A stretch of 63,320 nt of DNA, filler included, from Cercozoa sp. M6MM (GCA_040357565.1; 10 parts of 10 records of this genome joined end to end with filler, not necessarily neighbours in it); one strand, 5' to 3'. Positions 28,317 to 43,151 are shown, counted from the whole stretch's first letter. Program-made: numbers and translations. Notes: generated by a model not told the origin, from the sequence alone.

Positions 28317-29706
28317 CTAACCGAGAGCAGAGCGAAGTCGGGAGTCGCGTCGGGCCCGTCGATCACAGTATTGGGACTGTCGGGAGTCAAGGTCTTTCAG
28401 TATCTGCTGTTCCAATTCCGGGTTCACGTTGCCGTTCTCACGAAACAAGCGAATCATGTTGGTTTTCAGAAGTGTCATGGCTACCAAGACCGAAATTGTG
28501 TCATGGTCTGGGAAGCCGCCTTGGTCGCAGTGATACTTGTAAACAGCTCCGACCGACTTTTCGAATACTTCGTCGTCGATTGGCTCGTGAAAATGATCTG
28601 TTACAGACTTGACCCGTTTTTCCACTTCGCGGAGGAGCACTTCGCGGAGGAGCAGTTCCGCCTCAAGAGCACGCTCGATCGTCGGACAGAAGTGCACACG
28701 AAACTCATGCATCTGCTCTCCATCGTCGAACCCCGATCTTGGCTAAAAACACTCAGCTGCAGGTCCTGCAGAGACAGGCACAGTCGTTAATTAGGACTGT
28801 ACCATTGTCGACGTTGGATGTTCATACTCACCGCGACAGAGAATGTGGTCACCTTGCATCAGGAGAAACTTGAGGTCATCACCCGGTGCGCGTAGTACGT
28901 GGCGAATCTGCAATGCAACACAGACAGTAACCACAGGCACAGGCTGGGGTGTTTTATGACGTTTACCTCGCACTCGGCGTTGATGTTGTGCAATTGTAGC
29001 AAAGCAGAAACACGAGACAACAACTCATTCATCGTAAAGTTTGCGAAGGCCAACTCAGCAAGCTGCTTGGTCGTGAAACCAAACTGCGGTCCGTCGAACA
29101 CCAACTCCTCCAGCAGCTGAGCCAAGCAACTCTTCAGGGAGGAGCGAATGTGTTTCGGGTCAATTTTAATTGACGATGGGAGCTTGACCAAGTAGTTTTG
29201 GTGCAAAGCGTCCTCCAAGTCAAACCACTGCACACAACTCCAGTATCAGGTGATAACATGTACCAGCCTGGCGAGTTACCATTGGGACGAGTGAGTGTTT
29301 GTAAACCAACTTTCCTACCGAACAGTCACCCGACACGTCCTGGGATATTATATATATATATATATATATATAAATTGATTTGATCAATGTAGGTATCTGT
29401 TGTGTGCGGACGAAGTACCTTGCGTAATCTGGCAAGTGCTTCATCGTCGGCAGTTTCGTGGGCCACGACATGGACATTACAGTTCTTGATAATTTTGACT
29501 GCGAGCGAACAACAGAGGACACATCCAGTAAACTCGTTGACAGGAAACACAGTACGAAGAAGCAGGTCAGCCAAGGCGGCGTGGCCGACAAGGAAACGCA
29601 CGGGCTCGTCAGGATTGGCAGCGGTGGCCATGACAGCAGCCTTGAGGATGTCCTTAAAAGACTCGTCGACACCGGCAATCGAAATAGCCTTGTTCAGCGC
29701 CTCGCG

Positions 29707-29755
<49 letters not shown>

Positions 29756-29765
29756 NNNNNNNNNN

Positions 29766-29817
<52 letters not shown>

Positions 29818-30713
29818 TATACACACACATATACACACGCACATACACACACACGCGCGCGCACAAAACGATATGTCCATAGCTTATATATATATATATA
29901 TATATGTCTAATACAATCAAGCCGCAGTACCGCATGTTGGACTTCGACATCGGGACCGTCCGTGGGGAACTTCCACTGAGCGGAATCCACGGGCTCAGCA
30001 GTTTCGGGCGCGCACTCAAGAGGGAGCGTGAACTCAACGAGTCGTCGCAGAATGTTGCTCGACCGATCAGGCCACTTGCTGTCCGGGTTTGCTGAGCACG
30101 TGAACATCAAGAGTAGGCACAGAGCACTGCAGTGCTGACCTACTCACCCACATGGGATTTAAAGAAAAGGAAGAATATACCGTGCTTTCGAGGGAAGAAC
30201 ATGTTGAGAACGGCAGAAACGTCATCCTTCTTTTCGATCTTGAATTTCGGGTCCTCCGGGTCAGTATAGATGTTGCTGCTGCCGAAGTCGCCGAGCTTGA
30301 CATCACCGTCGCGGCTGTCTCCAGTCAGAAATCGATACCACAAACGCAGAAAAATGTACGCACACAATGCGCGCAGACAAAATCAGGTACAGAAACACGT
30401 TGTGGCGGTTCGTGAGGTCGGTGTGCGTCATGAGGTTGTCGTGCATGTGCAGCACGGCGCTTGCAAGCTGCTGCAGCCAGCGAATGCGCTGTTCGTCCGT
30501 GCAAGTGTCCAACACTTCGTCGAGACTGCCGTCACAGAGCTCCAACTGAACAAGCCACACGGACACTGACAACAACGCAGAATGCTTCAGTTTGCTATAC
30601 GATCACAAAAGCGCCAATGGGCTTGCGCTTATCGTTCTCGGCAGTCTCGTTCACTCGTGCTACCATCGCGCCGTAGTACTTCATGATGTTTGGGTGGGGG
30701 TTGCGGGTCAACC
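28317..30713 (-). CDS. Protein kinase with long uncharacterised C-terminal extension, 5' end cut off by contig break
   Basis: HPNIMKYYG, IV|LELCDGSLDEVL, LQQLASAVLHMHDNLMTHTDLTNRHNVF, VKLGDFG. Further exon-like ORFs run to a stop at 28317. Confidence 0.65.
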
Positions 30714-30781
30714 TGACAGACACCGAGAGGATCATGCGCACACGGGTACAGACACAGACACAGACAGACAGACACAAACAC

Positions 30782-30860
<79 letters not shown>

Positions 30861-30960
30861 NNNNNNNNNNNNNNNNNNNNNNNNNNNNNNNNNNNNNNNN
30901 NNNNTTAATTAATTAANNNNNNNNNNNNNNNNNNNNNNNNNNNNNNNNNNNNNNNNNNNN

Positions 30961-32595
30961 AGTGGCTACCCAAAGGACCTCTCGGTGGCAGGCACCTGTC
31001 TGGCTGTGCCGCTGGCCGATCTGACTGCGTGTGCCGGTGCCGTTTGCATGCCGGGGCATGTGTGTCAGACACTGGTGTCAGGCACGGGTTGCGCACTGCC
31101 ACCCGGTGCAACAGGTTGCGGCAGTGTCGGCGACGATGACAACTGCGCAGGTGCCGCCGAGTGTGTCGACGTGGGTGGCACTCCCACCTGCTTGGTTCCG
31201 ACCGGTGGAGCCTGCCAGGCCAGCAAGCAGTGTCAAGGACTCATGGCGTGTGTGAGCGGAACATGTCAAGCGCTTGATATCACATTCACCCCTTGTGGCG
31301 CCACAGGCTCGCTCGGACCATCCAGTTCTGACTGTGCCGCAGAGCATGCGGCGACTGGATTCGCCTCGCGCCTGCGCGTGAGTAACAGCGGTTCTGACAT
31401 GGGGGCACAATTCTTCTCGCTGCCAGCTGACGGGTGCTACGAAATCACTGCCGTCGGAGCTTCCGTACGTTGGCTCGGTTCAGATTAGCGCTGCTGTAGT
31501 ACATGAGGACGTGTGTATAAACATAGGGTGGTCTTGATACCGATGGCTCCGTTGGTACGACGGGTTTCGGGGCTCAGGCAGTCGGACGGTATTTGTTGTC
31601 CGAAAACGACGAACTGATTGTGGTCGTCGGACAGCAGGGCGAAAGTGTCGAAAACTGCGGCGGTGGAGGTCTGATTCTTAATTTCTTGTATCTCGGTCCA
31701 CAACTGTTCTTGCGCAAAGGCGGCTCGAGCATGGCACTGTTGCCAGGACCAGGGGGTTTTTTAGACGACGCAACAGAGAAAGTTCTGGTAGTCGCTGGAG
31801 CAGGGTGCGTTTCGGTTTTTCTCCTTGTGTGTTTGAATTGTGCGATCCTGATGACCGCGGCTAACTTTAAACTGACACTTAGCGGTGGAGAGGGCGACGA
31901 ACAGAGTATGGCAGGAACACCTGCGGCAAATGGGCTGGGTGGAGGAGATGGCTGCGATGCATCGTACTGTTTTGATCAAACTGCCGAGAAAAGGCACCGT
32001 TCATTTGAGTAAACTGTAACTTACATGGAGACAGGATAGTGACTCAAGGTACCGAGGGTCGACAAACGTCATGCACGGTGAAAGTTACAGCAAAGATCGA
32101 CGGTGCTGGGTCTACCACAAGCACCGCCACTGGAGGTAATTTCAACTTGAACTGATCAACTTGAACTGATCTAAGCTTACTGCCGAGTGTCAATATATAT
32201 TGACACCTCCACGCAGGGAAGGGCTACACCTCTTTGTTGTCATCGTTCTCTGGCAAACTTAACGACGCCGACGGCGGATTCGGAGGTATATTTTGAATCC
32301 TGTAAAGGTAGAGTTAGGACACTGTATAATAGGTGGGGGAGGATGCCAGGACACGCAGGGCTTTGGGGCCACCAACACTGGAGGCAGTGGCGGCGGTGCA
32401 GGGGGTTATTCCGGAGGCGACGCGGGAGACTCTGTTTCTGCTGGGACTGGCGGCCATGGCGGTGGTGCTGGTGGAAGCACCGTCGCCGGAACTTTGCTCG
32501 ATACTTTGGTCTCTGTGACATCGCCTGCGCCGTTTCCGTACGCAAACATGAATGACGGTCGTGTTCGAGTCATGTACATTGGCCTGTCGTGCTGA
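30961..32595 (+). CDS. Cys-rich repeats + ALK/LTK-type glycine-rich (TNF-like/Gly_rich) domain protein, 5' partial
   Basis: ITFTPCGATGSLGPSSSDC..GAQFFSLPADGCYEITAVGAS|GG..GFGAQAVGRYLLSENDELIVVVGQQG..VLVVAGAG|GG..GGGAGGYSGG..GGAGGS..DGRVRV, matching the recalled ALK/LTK ectodomain pattern. Confidence 0.75.
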
Positions 32596-33329
32596 AGCTT
32601 ATCGATTGTTCCTGTCTGGCATAAGTTAGTTTGTTAGTTTTCTACTTAAGTGTCGTTCGTCCCATCTAGTCTTCGCGGACGTCAGACGAAAGTGCGGGAG
32701 TATGTCTTCAGTCGTGCCGTTGGCAGTCGAGATCGGAGAATTCGGAGTCATATGGTCGTGCGTGCAGTCGAAGCGAGTCGGCGGCGCGCGAGTCTGTCGT
32801 TAGTTAGTTCAGTCTTCGAGCAAGAACGTTTAACGTTTAACGTAAGCCTGCCGCTTCTGGCGACTGTCATTTTTGGCACTCTAAAATTACACGTCGTGCT
32901 TCCCCAGATCGGTTAGGGTATGAAGACACTGGAGGGCTCGGGGCGGTGACAACATAGTAAGCTCCTTCAGTGGGCCGGTTCGTTTCTGGCGGCCGACGGG
33001 AGCGCCGGCTCCAACTACCGCTGACGGAAAACCATATCAATAAAGCTTGCACTGTATTGCAAGCACCCTAAACATACTCGGGCGTGTGTCCGTCGCTGCT
33101 TTGTACCTACCAGCGGCTCTAGCGCGCCGATCAACGGGTGGTAGTGCCTCATCAGTGATTTTTTAGACCAAGCGGCCACCTGCAGGTCTGCTAGCCAGCA
33201 TTCAGATTGCTTGGTTGCATTGTTAGTGTACAGATCACACCATTGCAGCTGCAGTCGTGCCTGTGGCCGATTGCCGTTTCTCTCAGGCTTTTTTTGCCTT
33301 TTTCGTAGGGGCTGTTTTGCCATTGATTC

Positions 33330-35462
33330 ATATGTCAATTCTCGTGCGCAGATCATGCTGGAGCTGTATCTCAGCTTCAACGTGACGCTTCAAATCGGCA
33401 ACGATGCTGGTATATCCTTCTTGCTTGAAAAGACTATGGTGCTTTATTTGATGTGTCAACAGATGCGCTTGCATTGTTAAATATCGACGTTCACCGTCAT
33501 GTGTTCCGCTACTGGTATGGAATGTCTTTGCTATCAATGATCAGCCTTCACGTTTGCCATTTCCCTTCTCCATCATATTGATTGCATGCTCGAGATTGCG
33601 GTTCAATTGTGATTTTGCAGGCTGCGCGACTCGCGAGATGAGCCGTTTCTGCAGGTGAAATTTCGCTTCTGTCCTGTCTTGCAAACACGTGAATAGACAC
33701 GCTGTTTATGCATGTATCTGTTTGTGTTAATGTTGAGTATGAAAAAGCAGGTGCCATTCTCGACAGTGGTGTCGCTGACGTCGCAGACGCGCGGTCCCAA
33801 CACGTTCGAATTCACGCACAGCGCCAATGGCGGGGTACCTTGATCTTCCTTTTGTTTTATCCTCCTTATATCCCCATTATTCTCATTATTCTATGCTTTC
33901 TCTTCAATATCTTTTTGTCCTAACATATATCTTCCTTGCACCCCAAGCCTAAACCTGTTGATGTGTTACTTCTTGTTGACTGTTCAGACGGAGCGCGTGC
34001 TGCACAAGTTCGCGACGGCGCAGGAGCGCGAGATGGTCGAGTCGTTGATGGACTTCCTCGTGAAGGACCCGAATCGGAATCCGCTGCTCTTTGAGCCGGT
34101 CCAAGTGGGCTTTTTCCTTTCTTACCCCCCTTTACCCCCCCCCCATTTAGCCTCTTTGCCCCCTGTTTACCTCCCTGTTACTCATCTAACCCTTACCCCC
34201 AGGTGCAACTGCAAGGTGCGGCGAAACTGAAGCGTGGCAAGAGCAAGATGGCTCGAAGAGACTCGGTTCATTTAATCCTGGTGGCTGGCCGACTGCTCAT
34301 GTATCGCTCCGAGGTAGCTTCTACCCTTTACCCCCCCGTACCCCCTCCTGTACCCCCTTGTGTACCCCCATGTGTACCATTGGCAGGACGACGAAGTGCC
34401 TCGAGTGGCGGCATCGCTTTCGCAGAGCGAGTCGCGCAAGGAAGGTCGCAAGACTCTGGTGCTCGTGACGCGGGAGGTGGATGCCAAGGTAGTTTTGTCC
34501 CCCTTTCTCCCCTCCCCCTTATCCCCTTTCCGCCCAGGGACGTGAGGTGTCGTACACACTGTCATTCTCGTCGCAAGAGGAACGCGACTCATGGCACTCG
34601 ACTCTGAGCATACAGCGCACCAAGTCAGTTTACCCCCCACCTCCCTTACCCTCACATCCCTTGCCCCCCACCTCCCTTGCCCCCCACCTCCCTTACCCCC
34701 ACCTCCCTTACCCCACCTCCCTTACCCCCCTGTTATCCCTTCCAGAATGGCGCACATGGAGGCGTCGCAGCCGACGAATTTCGTGCAGTTCCACGGCAGT
34801 CTGGTCAATGAGAATGAGCTGCAGATTATGCTGCTCTGCCCTGACGGCAGCAAGCGCGTGCTGTCGACTATTGAGGTTTCACCCCCCCTCTTTATACCCC
34901 CCTCTTTACCCCTCTTTCCCCCCTTTTTACCCCTTCTTTAGCCCTCTTTATCCCCTCTTTACTCCCCTGTTTACCCCCTGTTTACCCCCCTGTTTACCCC
35001 CTTTTTACCCCCTCTTTTACCCCCCCCCCGACAGGTGTCGGACGATGGTGCCACGCTGGATGACATTCGGCAGGTGCGGGCCGACATCGAAGACTGTCCC
35101 GGCGACTTTGTCTTCCTCACCGGTGAGGACGGCATGCCGGTGCCGAGTGCCGACGAGAAGACGCGCACTCTGTAGTCTTGGCTTTGCTCCCTGCTCATTT
35201 TACCCCCCTTCACTCCCCATTTACCCCCCTTCACTCCCCATTTACCTCCCCTTCACTCCCCATTTACCCCCCCCTTCACTCCCCCATTTACCCCCCAGGC
35301 GGTCGTTCTGGCCGCGCGTGCTGATCAAGGAGACGCAGCCGATGGCGCTGCCGGCCGATCTGCCGAAACCGCCGCAGCGCAAACGAAACGCGCGAAACGT
35401 CGAAGTTCCGCCGCCGCCTGCTGACGAACCTACTGTGGTTTTACCCCCCTCTTTACCCCCCC
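33330..35462 (+). CDS. PH-domain-containing protein, possibly with a ubiquitin-like module, partial
   Basis: LQGAAKLKRGKSKMARRDSVHLILVAGRLLMYRSE..SYTLSFSSQEERDSWHSTL (PH signature), then ATLDDIRQ..DFVFLTGEDG. Confidence 0.55.
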
Positions 35463-35562
35463 NNNNNNNNNNNNNNNNNNNNNNNNNNNNNNNNNNNNNN
35501 NNNNNNTTAATTAATTAANNNNNNNNNNNNNNNNNNNNNNNNNNNNNNNNNNNNNNNNNNNN

Positions 35563-35745
<183 letters not shown>

Positions 35746-35896
35746 ACTTGACTATAGCGTGACGCTATCTGACGACAGTACAGCGAGAGGTCCAACTTTA
35801 CTATGAATCAAAGACTCTTCACTTCGTTCGTTCCGTTTGTTATGCCGCGCCGGACTCGGGCGAACCCTGTGGGTTGTTGGGGAGCTCAACGGACCA

Positions 35897-36985
35897 CTAG
35901 GCTGGGTTTGACGCATCACACCCAGCGCTCTCCGTGTCGTCATTGCTCTCAAGCGCAGCATCGAGTTCGCGATACAGCTGCGCGAGTCGCCGGCGTGCGT
36001 TAGCACTGAGTTCGTGACGTTCGCTGTCGTTGCAATCGTCCTCACTTCTGTCATTGTTGTCATTGCGGCTGTTTTCCTTGGCATCCAATGCGATCGCATG
36101 GGGCGGCACTCGCCGCTCTACCTTTTTAAAGTAGCCGTCTTCGCCTACACAATCCACAGCACATATCCGGCGCGTGCACACAGAAGTTATAAAATGCCTA
36201 CCCGAACTTCGGTAGCGGAGGCAGACTCGTCCTTCGATAAACTCGCGGGAGATTGGGCCCTGAACCAAGCATACATAGATGAGACGACTGGACAGCCAGC
36301 GACAAAACATACCCAGACGCGACTGTCGAGCGAGTGACGCGGGTTGGTTCCCAGCAGCAGCACATGGTGCGACGGCACCTCGCTGCACTCGCGGCGATTG
36401 AAACTGACATTTCGCACGCGGTCGCCCTCGACGTGCGAGATACGTTTGACCTGTGAAAACACGAATTTATGAATATATTTGTGTCTTTTGGAGCTGTTGG
36501 GGAGTGTTTGGTCAGATACCGACAGACCAGACGAAAATGGCTTGCGGCTTATCACCATATCACCCTTGTCACACGCACCTAAGCAGAACATGCGTATGAA
36601 TGCACACAAGCGACCATAAAAGGAACAGGTAGTGTACCAGTGCGTAAAAATACAATCAAATCGCCATCGTGCAGTTCTGGCAGCATACTCCGGCCTCTCA
36701 CTGAACATCCACATCAGGAACATAGGGGCAGCAGCATACGGGTTGTGTACCGGTCTTAAAGGATATCACATTGCGTTCAAGAAAGTCGCGAGTCGCAGTG
36801 CAACCGACGTAAGCGCACTCAAACAACACGGCGCCGTACAAAAACTACGCCAAAGACGAGTAAACCAAAACACAGACAACAACGTCAGCCACAACAACGA
36901 ACCGTGCACACACTCCCGATTACGTTTTGCGAGCTAGCATTAGCGCTGCTACCGAGACGTCGGTAGAGCCTCTGGACATGCTGCA
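35897..36985 (-). CDS. Hypothetical multi-exon protein, divergent from Nop9
   Basis: Exon-like segments VKRISHVEGDRVRNV, GPISREFIEGRVCLRY and an acidic end. No family recognised. Confidence 0.35.
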
Positions 36986-37163
36986 TGACTATACACACCG
37001 CAAAGAAGCGTTTTAGCTTGGCTGTTGGCCTGTTGGTACAGTACAGTACAGTACAGTATACTGCTTTAAAAAAACAAACTTTGATGATCTGGGCCCACTC
37101 TACAGTAGCGGCGAAGCTGCGCTGAAGTGTGCATATTTTGCTGTCATGGGATTTAGAGGTACC

Positions 37164-40100
37164 ATGAGTGCGCTCGCGGAGCGCAGAATGGAGCTCCAGC
37201 GCGCCAAAGGTAGGCATTCTTTAAAATGCATTGATTTTATTGAAGTGACATTGCAGTTTTTGTATCGATATCTGATGTATCAATGCATTGATTTGATTGA
37301 AGTAACATTGCAGTTTTTGTATGTGATTGTATTTCTTTGTATCATCTCGCGTTTACCTTGTTGCATTGTCATTCATATTATAATTACATTGTGTCACATT
37401 AAATTGCATTTCGTATCGCGATTAAAGATCACATTGTATCACATTAAATCACATTGTATCAAATTAAGTCAAATTGTATCGCATTGCGTCGCATTTTGCT
37501 GTACTGGGACTAAAATGTGCAGGCGACTTGCCGAGCGACACGGTTGAGTACATGCGCCGTGCGGACGAGGCGCTTGCGGATCTGTCCAAGGTATGCGGTC
37601 CATCCCAATTTCAACCAGCACCCGAACAGGTTAATCACTTGCGCAGGACGACAATGCTGAAGAGATGGAAGTGCTAGCCGCCAACGTCGTTGCTGAGGTG
37701 TCATATAATTTGCTCCCGAGTTTGATCTATGGTATTTTGTTTGTTTTTCCTCGCAGATTCGGCCTCGCGCAGTCCAATGCTTCCTGAACTCACATACTTC
37801 GCGTACCTTTGTCATAAAGCACATCACGCTTGTATACGTGGTGGGCTCTAACTATTTAGGCATTCTTGAGCATGTCTTCCCGCTCCTGGATGAGTCACAA
37901 CTCCTTGGGATTTTGACGCGCGTTTGCACGCACCTGGTTTGTCTGTACAATATTTCAGGCTGTGCATCCAGTACTTCTATGTTAATAGGGCGCCCTGGCC
38001 TCAGGCCGACAGTCCTCGCATCCTGTGCAAGTGCTTCTGGCTCAAGTGCGTTGGGTTCTTAGGTCATTTGTTGCTGTGGCGTCTCGTATTTTGGATTTGC
38101 CCAGATGCCACGGCTACTTGCGAAAGACAGCGAGCAGCAGGAGCTGCAAAAGCAGCTTGTTTCGCAAATCGTCGAATTTGCCAATGACGTAGCTGACCAG
38201 GTGCCTCATTATGTTCTTACGGTTTCGAGACAGTGTGTGTACTCGTTTGTTTGTGCGGACAGATTAGTGACTTTGCGTCCGACCCGTTCGCCTCGCACGT
38301 TTTGCGTGACTTGTGTCGCTTGCTTGCTGGTCACTGCGCTCTGGGCAAGACCGATCCCTCTGTTGGTATATTCTCTGCGCATTAATTGTGTCGGTTTCTC
38401 ACCTTCATCTTTGTTTTCCCCGACAGACAAGACTGAGCGGTTTGACCGACCCGCCGAATTTGACGACGCTCTTGTTGCAATCGCTAAGGCTGTACCATTA
38501 CCTTTCGCTATGTTTATGCTCAAACGATGGCGTCTGGGTATGTACAGGTGGAATCTTTGGACGATTCGGCGATGAGTGAGATGTGCGATAGCATTGCTGG
38601 GTCCGCCGCATTGCAAATGCTCCTACAGGTAGAGCGCCTCATGCCGTACCTTTTGCGTGTGACAGAGGCAAGCTATCCTATCAAACCTTGTGATGTGTGC
38701 AGGTACTGAAGGAATCGGCGCATTTGCAAGTGTGCACCGACATGTCTGCATCACTGCTTGGTTGGAAAGAGTCTGGTACCCTTCATTTTGCTTTAGCGCG
38801 TATCGAGTGATTGTGAAATCCTATTTGTCGCGTTTAGATCGCGAAGGTGCCCCGTATTTTGCTGACAAAGCCTCGCGCGGTTACGTGCACCGGCTGATCA
38901 CTTCGCGTGCTGGCAGCAGGTATCTTTGCGTTTGTGTCTGTTTCTATTACCTTTCCAATCAATATCTCTTTCAGACTGTCGGAGGTGATTCTGCAGTGTT
39001 TCTCCCCCGAACTCGTCCGCCTGTTCCTGTCACAGCACGTGCTTCCGGAGGTATGCTCTCAACACAGATTGTGCTGTTGCTGATTGTATGTGCAATCAAT
39101 CTCTGTTGTGGTGCTTGTGCAGTTGGCAGCCTTGTCGCGTCATGCCGCCGGTAACTTTGTCGCCCAACAGGCACTTCGCTTGGAGGCCGAGCACCTGCAG
39201 CAGGGCGTGCTGATCCCGTACCTTTGTTCGTGGTGCATGCATGTACACGCGAACGATTTTGACGCGTAGGGAGATGGACTTGTGCAAGCAAGCTGTGCGT
39301 CACACTGTACCGCTGTCCAAGGTACTGAATGGGTGCATCACATGGGAGTTCACACTGCACGGAATTCAGCCTGTTTGTGCTCGTACCATAATGCGTATGC
39401 ATAGGAGTTGATGCAACGCCAGCGCGCTGGTGTCGTGGCTGCCGTGGCTTCGCTGATTGCCGCCGCATCAGTCGCCTCAGATCACTCGGAAGGTGCCGTC
39501 TCACTTTATCACTTATCGTGCTGGTCATTTCTCATGCCGCGTATGTACACACAGAGATGCTGCAGTTGCAGCGGCAGCTGTGCGAGTCATTGCAGGGCAC
39601 GGTGTTGCCAGCCAGTGGTCGCAGCGTGCAGCAGTACCTTTCGACCTCTCCCGGTGCAATGCTGCTGGGCGCGCTGTTTTCGTTTAAGTGCGACGAAGTG
39701 CAATCGTTGCTACAAGCGTACTGTTTCCGCACATGTGGATTCCGTCTGGAGTGTTGAGTTTGACGAGTGAATATACGTGCAGCATGCAAGACATGTCGGA
39801 CCGCGACCTACTGTCGGTGTGCGCGCGCAGCAGCGGCAGTCGCGCCGTCCAGGCATTCTTGCGAAGTGACTCGCTACGCCGGCAACGCAAACTGCGTGCG
39901 CACTTTGTCGCAAAGATCAAGGTCTGTCCGTGCGAGTTGTGTATGGGTGCGGATACGAACTCAGGTATTTCGCAGGACCATGCGGTGGACTTCGCGTGCG
40001 ACAGGTTTGGACACTACGTAATCCAGGAGGCTTACCGATGCGCCGATCTTAAGCTGCGCCGCCGTCTCGCCAACAAATGCGTGCCCGCCTTGTCTCGTCT

Positions 40101-40775
40101 GATGGTGAGGAGAGTATTGTGTGTCTGTGTGTGCGTGTGCGTGTGCGTGTGTATGTGTGCGTGCGTGTGCGTGTGTGTGTGCGTGCGTGTGCGTGTGTGT
40201 GTATGTGTGATTTATTCTGCAAATTGGTATTCGTACATATTTGTGGCAGGGCAACAAGCACGCGTACAAGTTGGCAGAACACATGCGATTGGAACTTCTA
40301 AAGCAGAACGCACCTGAATGGATGCGTGTCATTGGTGCCGAGATCCACAAGGAGCGTGCCGCGCGCAACGTAATTATTATTACTGCATCTGTCATTATCC
40401 TTCTTGTTTGTGTCCTGGTTTTGTGTGATATCACGAAGATGCTGTTGCTGTTGTTGTGTGAAGGAGAAGAAGAGACCGCGAGAGCATGAGCATACGGGGC
40501 AACAGTCGTCGGATGTGATACATGAAGACACGCAAGCGGAAGTTGCCGAAGATACTGCCGCCAATGATGGTGACGACGAGGTTGTTTCCGAGCCTGCTGC
40601 CAAGCGGCGTGACACCGGCAAGGCTAAGGATCTCACGAAGAAGTCCAAGGGTAAAAAACAGAAGGACAAGAAAAAGACGAAGGACAAGAAAAAGACGAAG
40701 GACAAGAAAAAGACGAAGGACAAGAAGAAGGGCAAGAAGAAGGACAAGAAGAAGGCGCCGGCAGCGACAGCGTGA
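37164..40775 (+). CDS. NOP9: Nucleolar protein 9 (Pumilio-repeat, 18S rRNA processing)
   Basis: DTVEYMRRA, EVLAANVVAE, DPFASHVLRDLCRLLAG, HAAGNFVAQQAL, SGSRAVQAFL, FACDRFGHYVIQ and a KKKTKD lysine-repeat tail. Confidence 0.82.
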
Positions 40776-43120
40776 CCGTGATGATTAAAGTGGGAGTTCG
40801 GTTTGCAACGCAGTGCCAAAAAATCTGCAACGATCGGATCTGCCCCGAGAATTTACTCAGTTCTGACGACGTCGGAGGGCCACAACCTGATTCTATACAC
40901 ACACGAAAGTCGATGTGACGGGATTTGTGTTCGGTTTGTAATCAACGTCACGTCATGAAACTGATCATGATCATGAAACCGAACTGAGCGCTAGCCAGTT
41001 CAAGTTATGTCGTGTCACTGGTACGTGTAAGTTTACAACTATTGATATTCGGGTTTTGTTCTTGTTACGGTTATCACCGCACCGTGACAGTATACAACAC
41101 AATCAATCTAACTCGGAATCGAAATGGGTATCGCTAGTAGATCGCGGTTTGTGCTCCCCAAGGGACTTCTTGACGGTGTCAACCTCTGTTAGTGTGCTGT
41201 CAGAGCTTGCGATAGTCTCGGTGACAGATGCCAGAGGTGCAGTTCCGTTGCTATTGCTCTGATCGGCATCCACAATCTCTCCACTCGGTGGGGTTGCACA
41301 CGAAGGTGCGCACAATTGAAGCATCTGGGACATTTCAAGAGTTCATGCGACGGAGGTGCAGCGCAAGGCCGGAAAAGAAGCATACCTCGCTGGGAAGCTT
41401 TGATGAGGCGCGAGCCTCGAATCCCTTCGATACCTGGCCGTCGGCATGAGTTCCGTCCTATGAGTGTATGTTTAAATTGATAAACCGAAGTAAAATAGCC
41501 TAATCGAGACGATAAACAACGATAAATTTTACCTGGTGACTCTGGTTGAGCGGAATGGGCGCCAAGGCGTGTGATACGAAGTAGGGAGGCACTGACATCG
41601 TGAGTGGCGGCACAAATTTGCCGATACCGAGGGGGTTGTGCAGTACACTCAACGGCATCGATGCGCGGCGCCGAGACATCTGTCCTCCCCACTGTGGTCC
41701 TCGCGCACAGAGAGGCAGACAGGAACGAGGCACGTACCTCAGAAAGCGGACGTGAGCAGCGGCGAGACGTTGCGTGGTCTCGGCGCATCGACCAGGTCGA
41801 CACCTTGTGTTTCAGGTGCGTTCCACCCGAAAAGCGCAGCTAATTATATTAATTATAGAAATCAATTTAAATTGACTAAATTACAGTACGTTAACGATAA
41901 AAAGTTGCATACATGGATGTATCAAAGAGTGAATACCACGCTGACGGCAGTGTTATTCGAATCGATGCATGGAACAATGAGCGCACCTTCGCTGTTATCA
42001 CAGGTCAGCAGCGCACTGCCCTTGCGAACGTGCAGGATGTGCGTCGCGTTGGCTTGTCTACCCGCAGGGTCGATACAATTAATCAAATATCGCGCAAAGG
42101 CGAAGCGTGGAAGCACAGTGCACCTGTTCTTTGGTTTGCCGATGTTGACAATTATGATGGCTACGAGACGAAGACGCGTGTTCGACACACTGCCATCTTG
42201 TTGGAACAGAAGGTGCACCTTTGGCAGTTAAAAGCGCATTGCAAAGGACGTTTGATGTTGTCGATATTCTTTTGACCATTAATGCAATTTACCTCCAGAA
42301 ACGTGCCATCTGCGATTCGTAGCTGTGAACCGATTTTCTTCGTCACAGTTTGATTCTATCAAACAAAAGCAGAAAATTCTACAGGCAGGGCATTAAGTCA
42401 GCAGAACCTCAGTTTACAGCATCATTTTCACTTGGCGTGGTGAGTTCCACGTCCTCTTCTGTCACGAGTAGCTACAATACATGACCACAACAAGTATCTT
42501 GTTGAGTGTTGGGATTTTATCGTGTGAGGCTTTACCGTACTGTCGCCCACGCGCAGCTTCAAAACGAAGGGTGGAATTGCTGCTACAATTATACGCTTAC
42601 ATACAAGTATGTGAAATGAAATTTCTGGGGAATACCTCCAGCTTTGAGGTAGCTGTCATCATCCTTCAGTCGACGACGTTTGTTGGCTACACTGGCAATA
42701 CGTTTGAAACTACCCAAGCGTAGACATAACTCAATCGAAAGTAAACCCTCGGGCTGCTTGTCCTCGTCGTCGACGAAGTCTATTGCCGCAGATTTCTTGC
42801 GCCAGCGACGCCGCGGTCTCTTCTTGCCTGTTTCGTCCTGCAGATACACATAAGTTCCATTTTTTGTCCAGCATTAGTTAGAGGAGTGCGGCTGACATCT
42901 GTGTCGTCATCTTCGTCGTTTAGTGCTTTTGGCGAGTTGCTCAACAAGTTGCATCGAAAGGCAGCGACCTATTCAAAAAATTAATGCACACAGCTGTCAG
43001 TTGTGAAAGGTGTTGGTGTGCGGACATGATGATCAACAGGCGGAACCGTGAAACGCAACGATGCGTGTTTCAGCACTTCAATGCGACGGCAAGCTCGCAC
43101 CTAATTTACAGACACATCCG

Positions 43121-43151
<31 letters not shown>

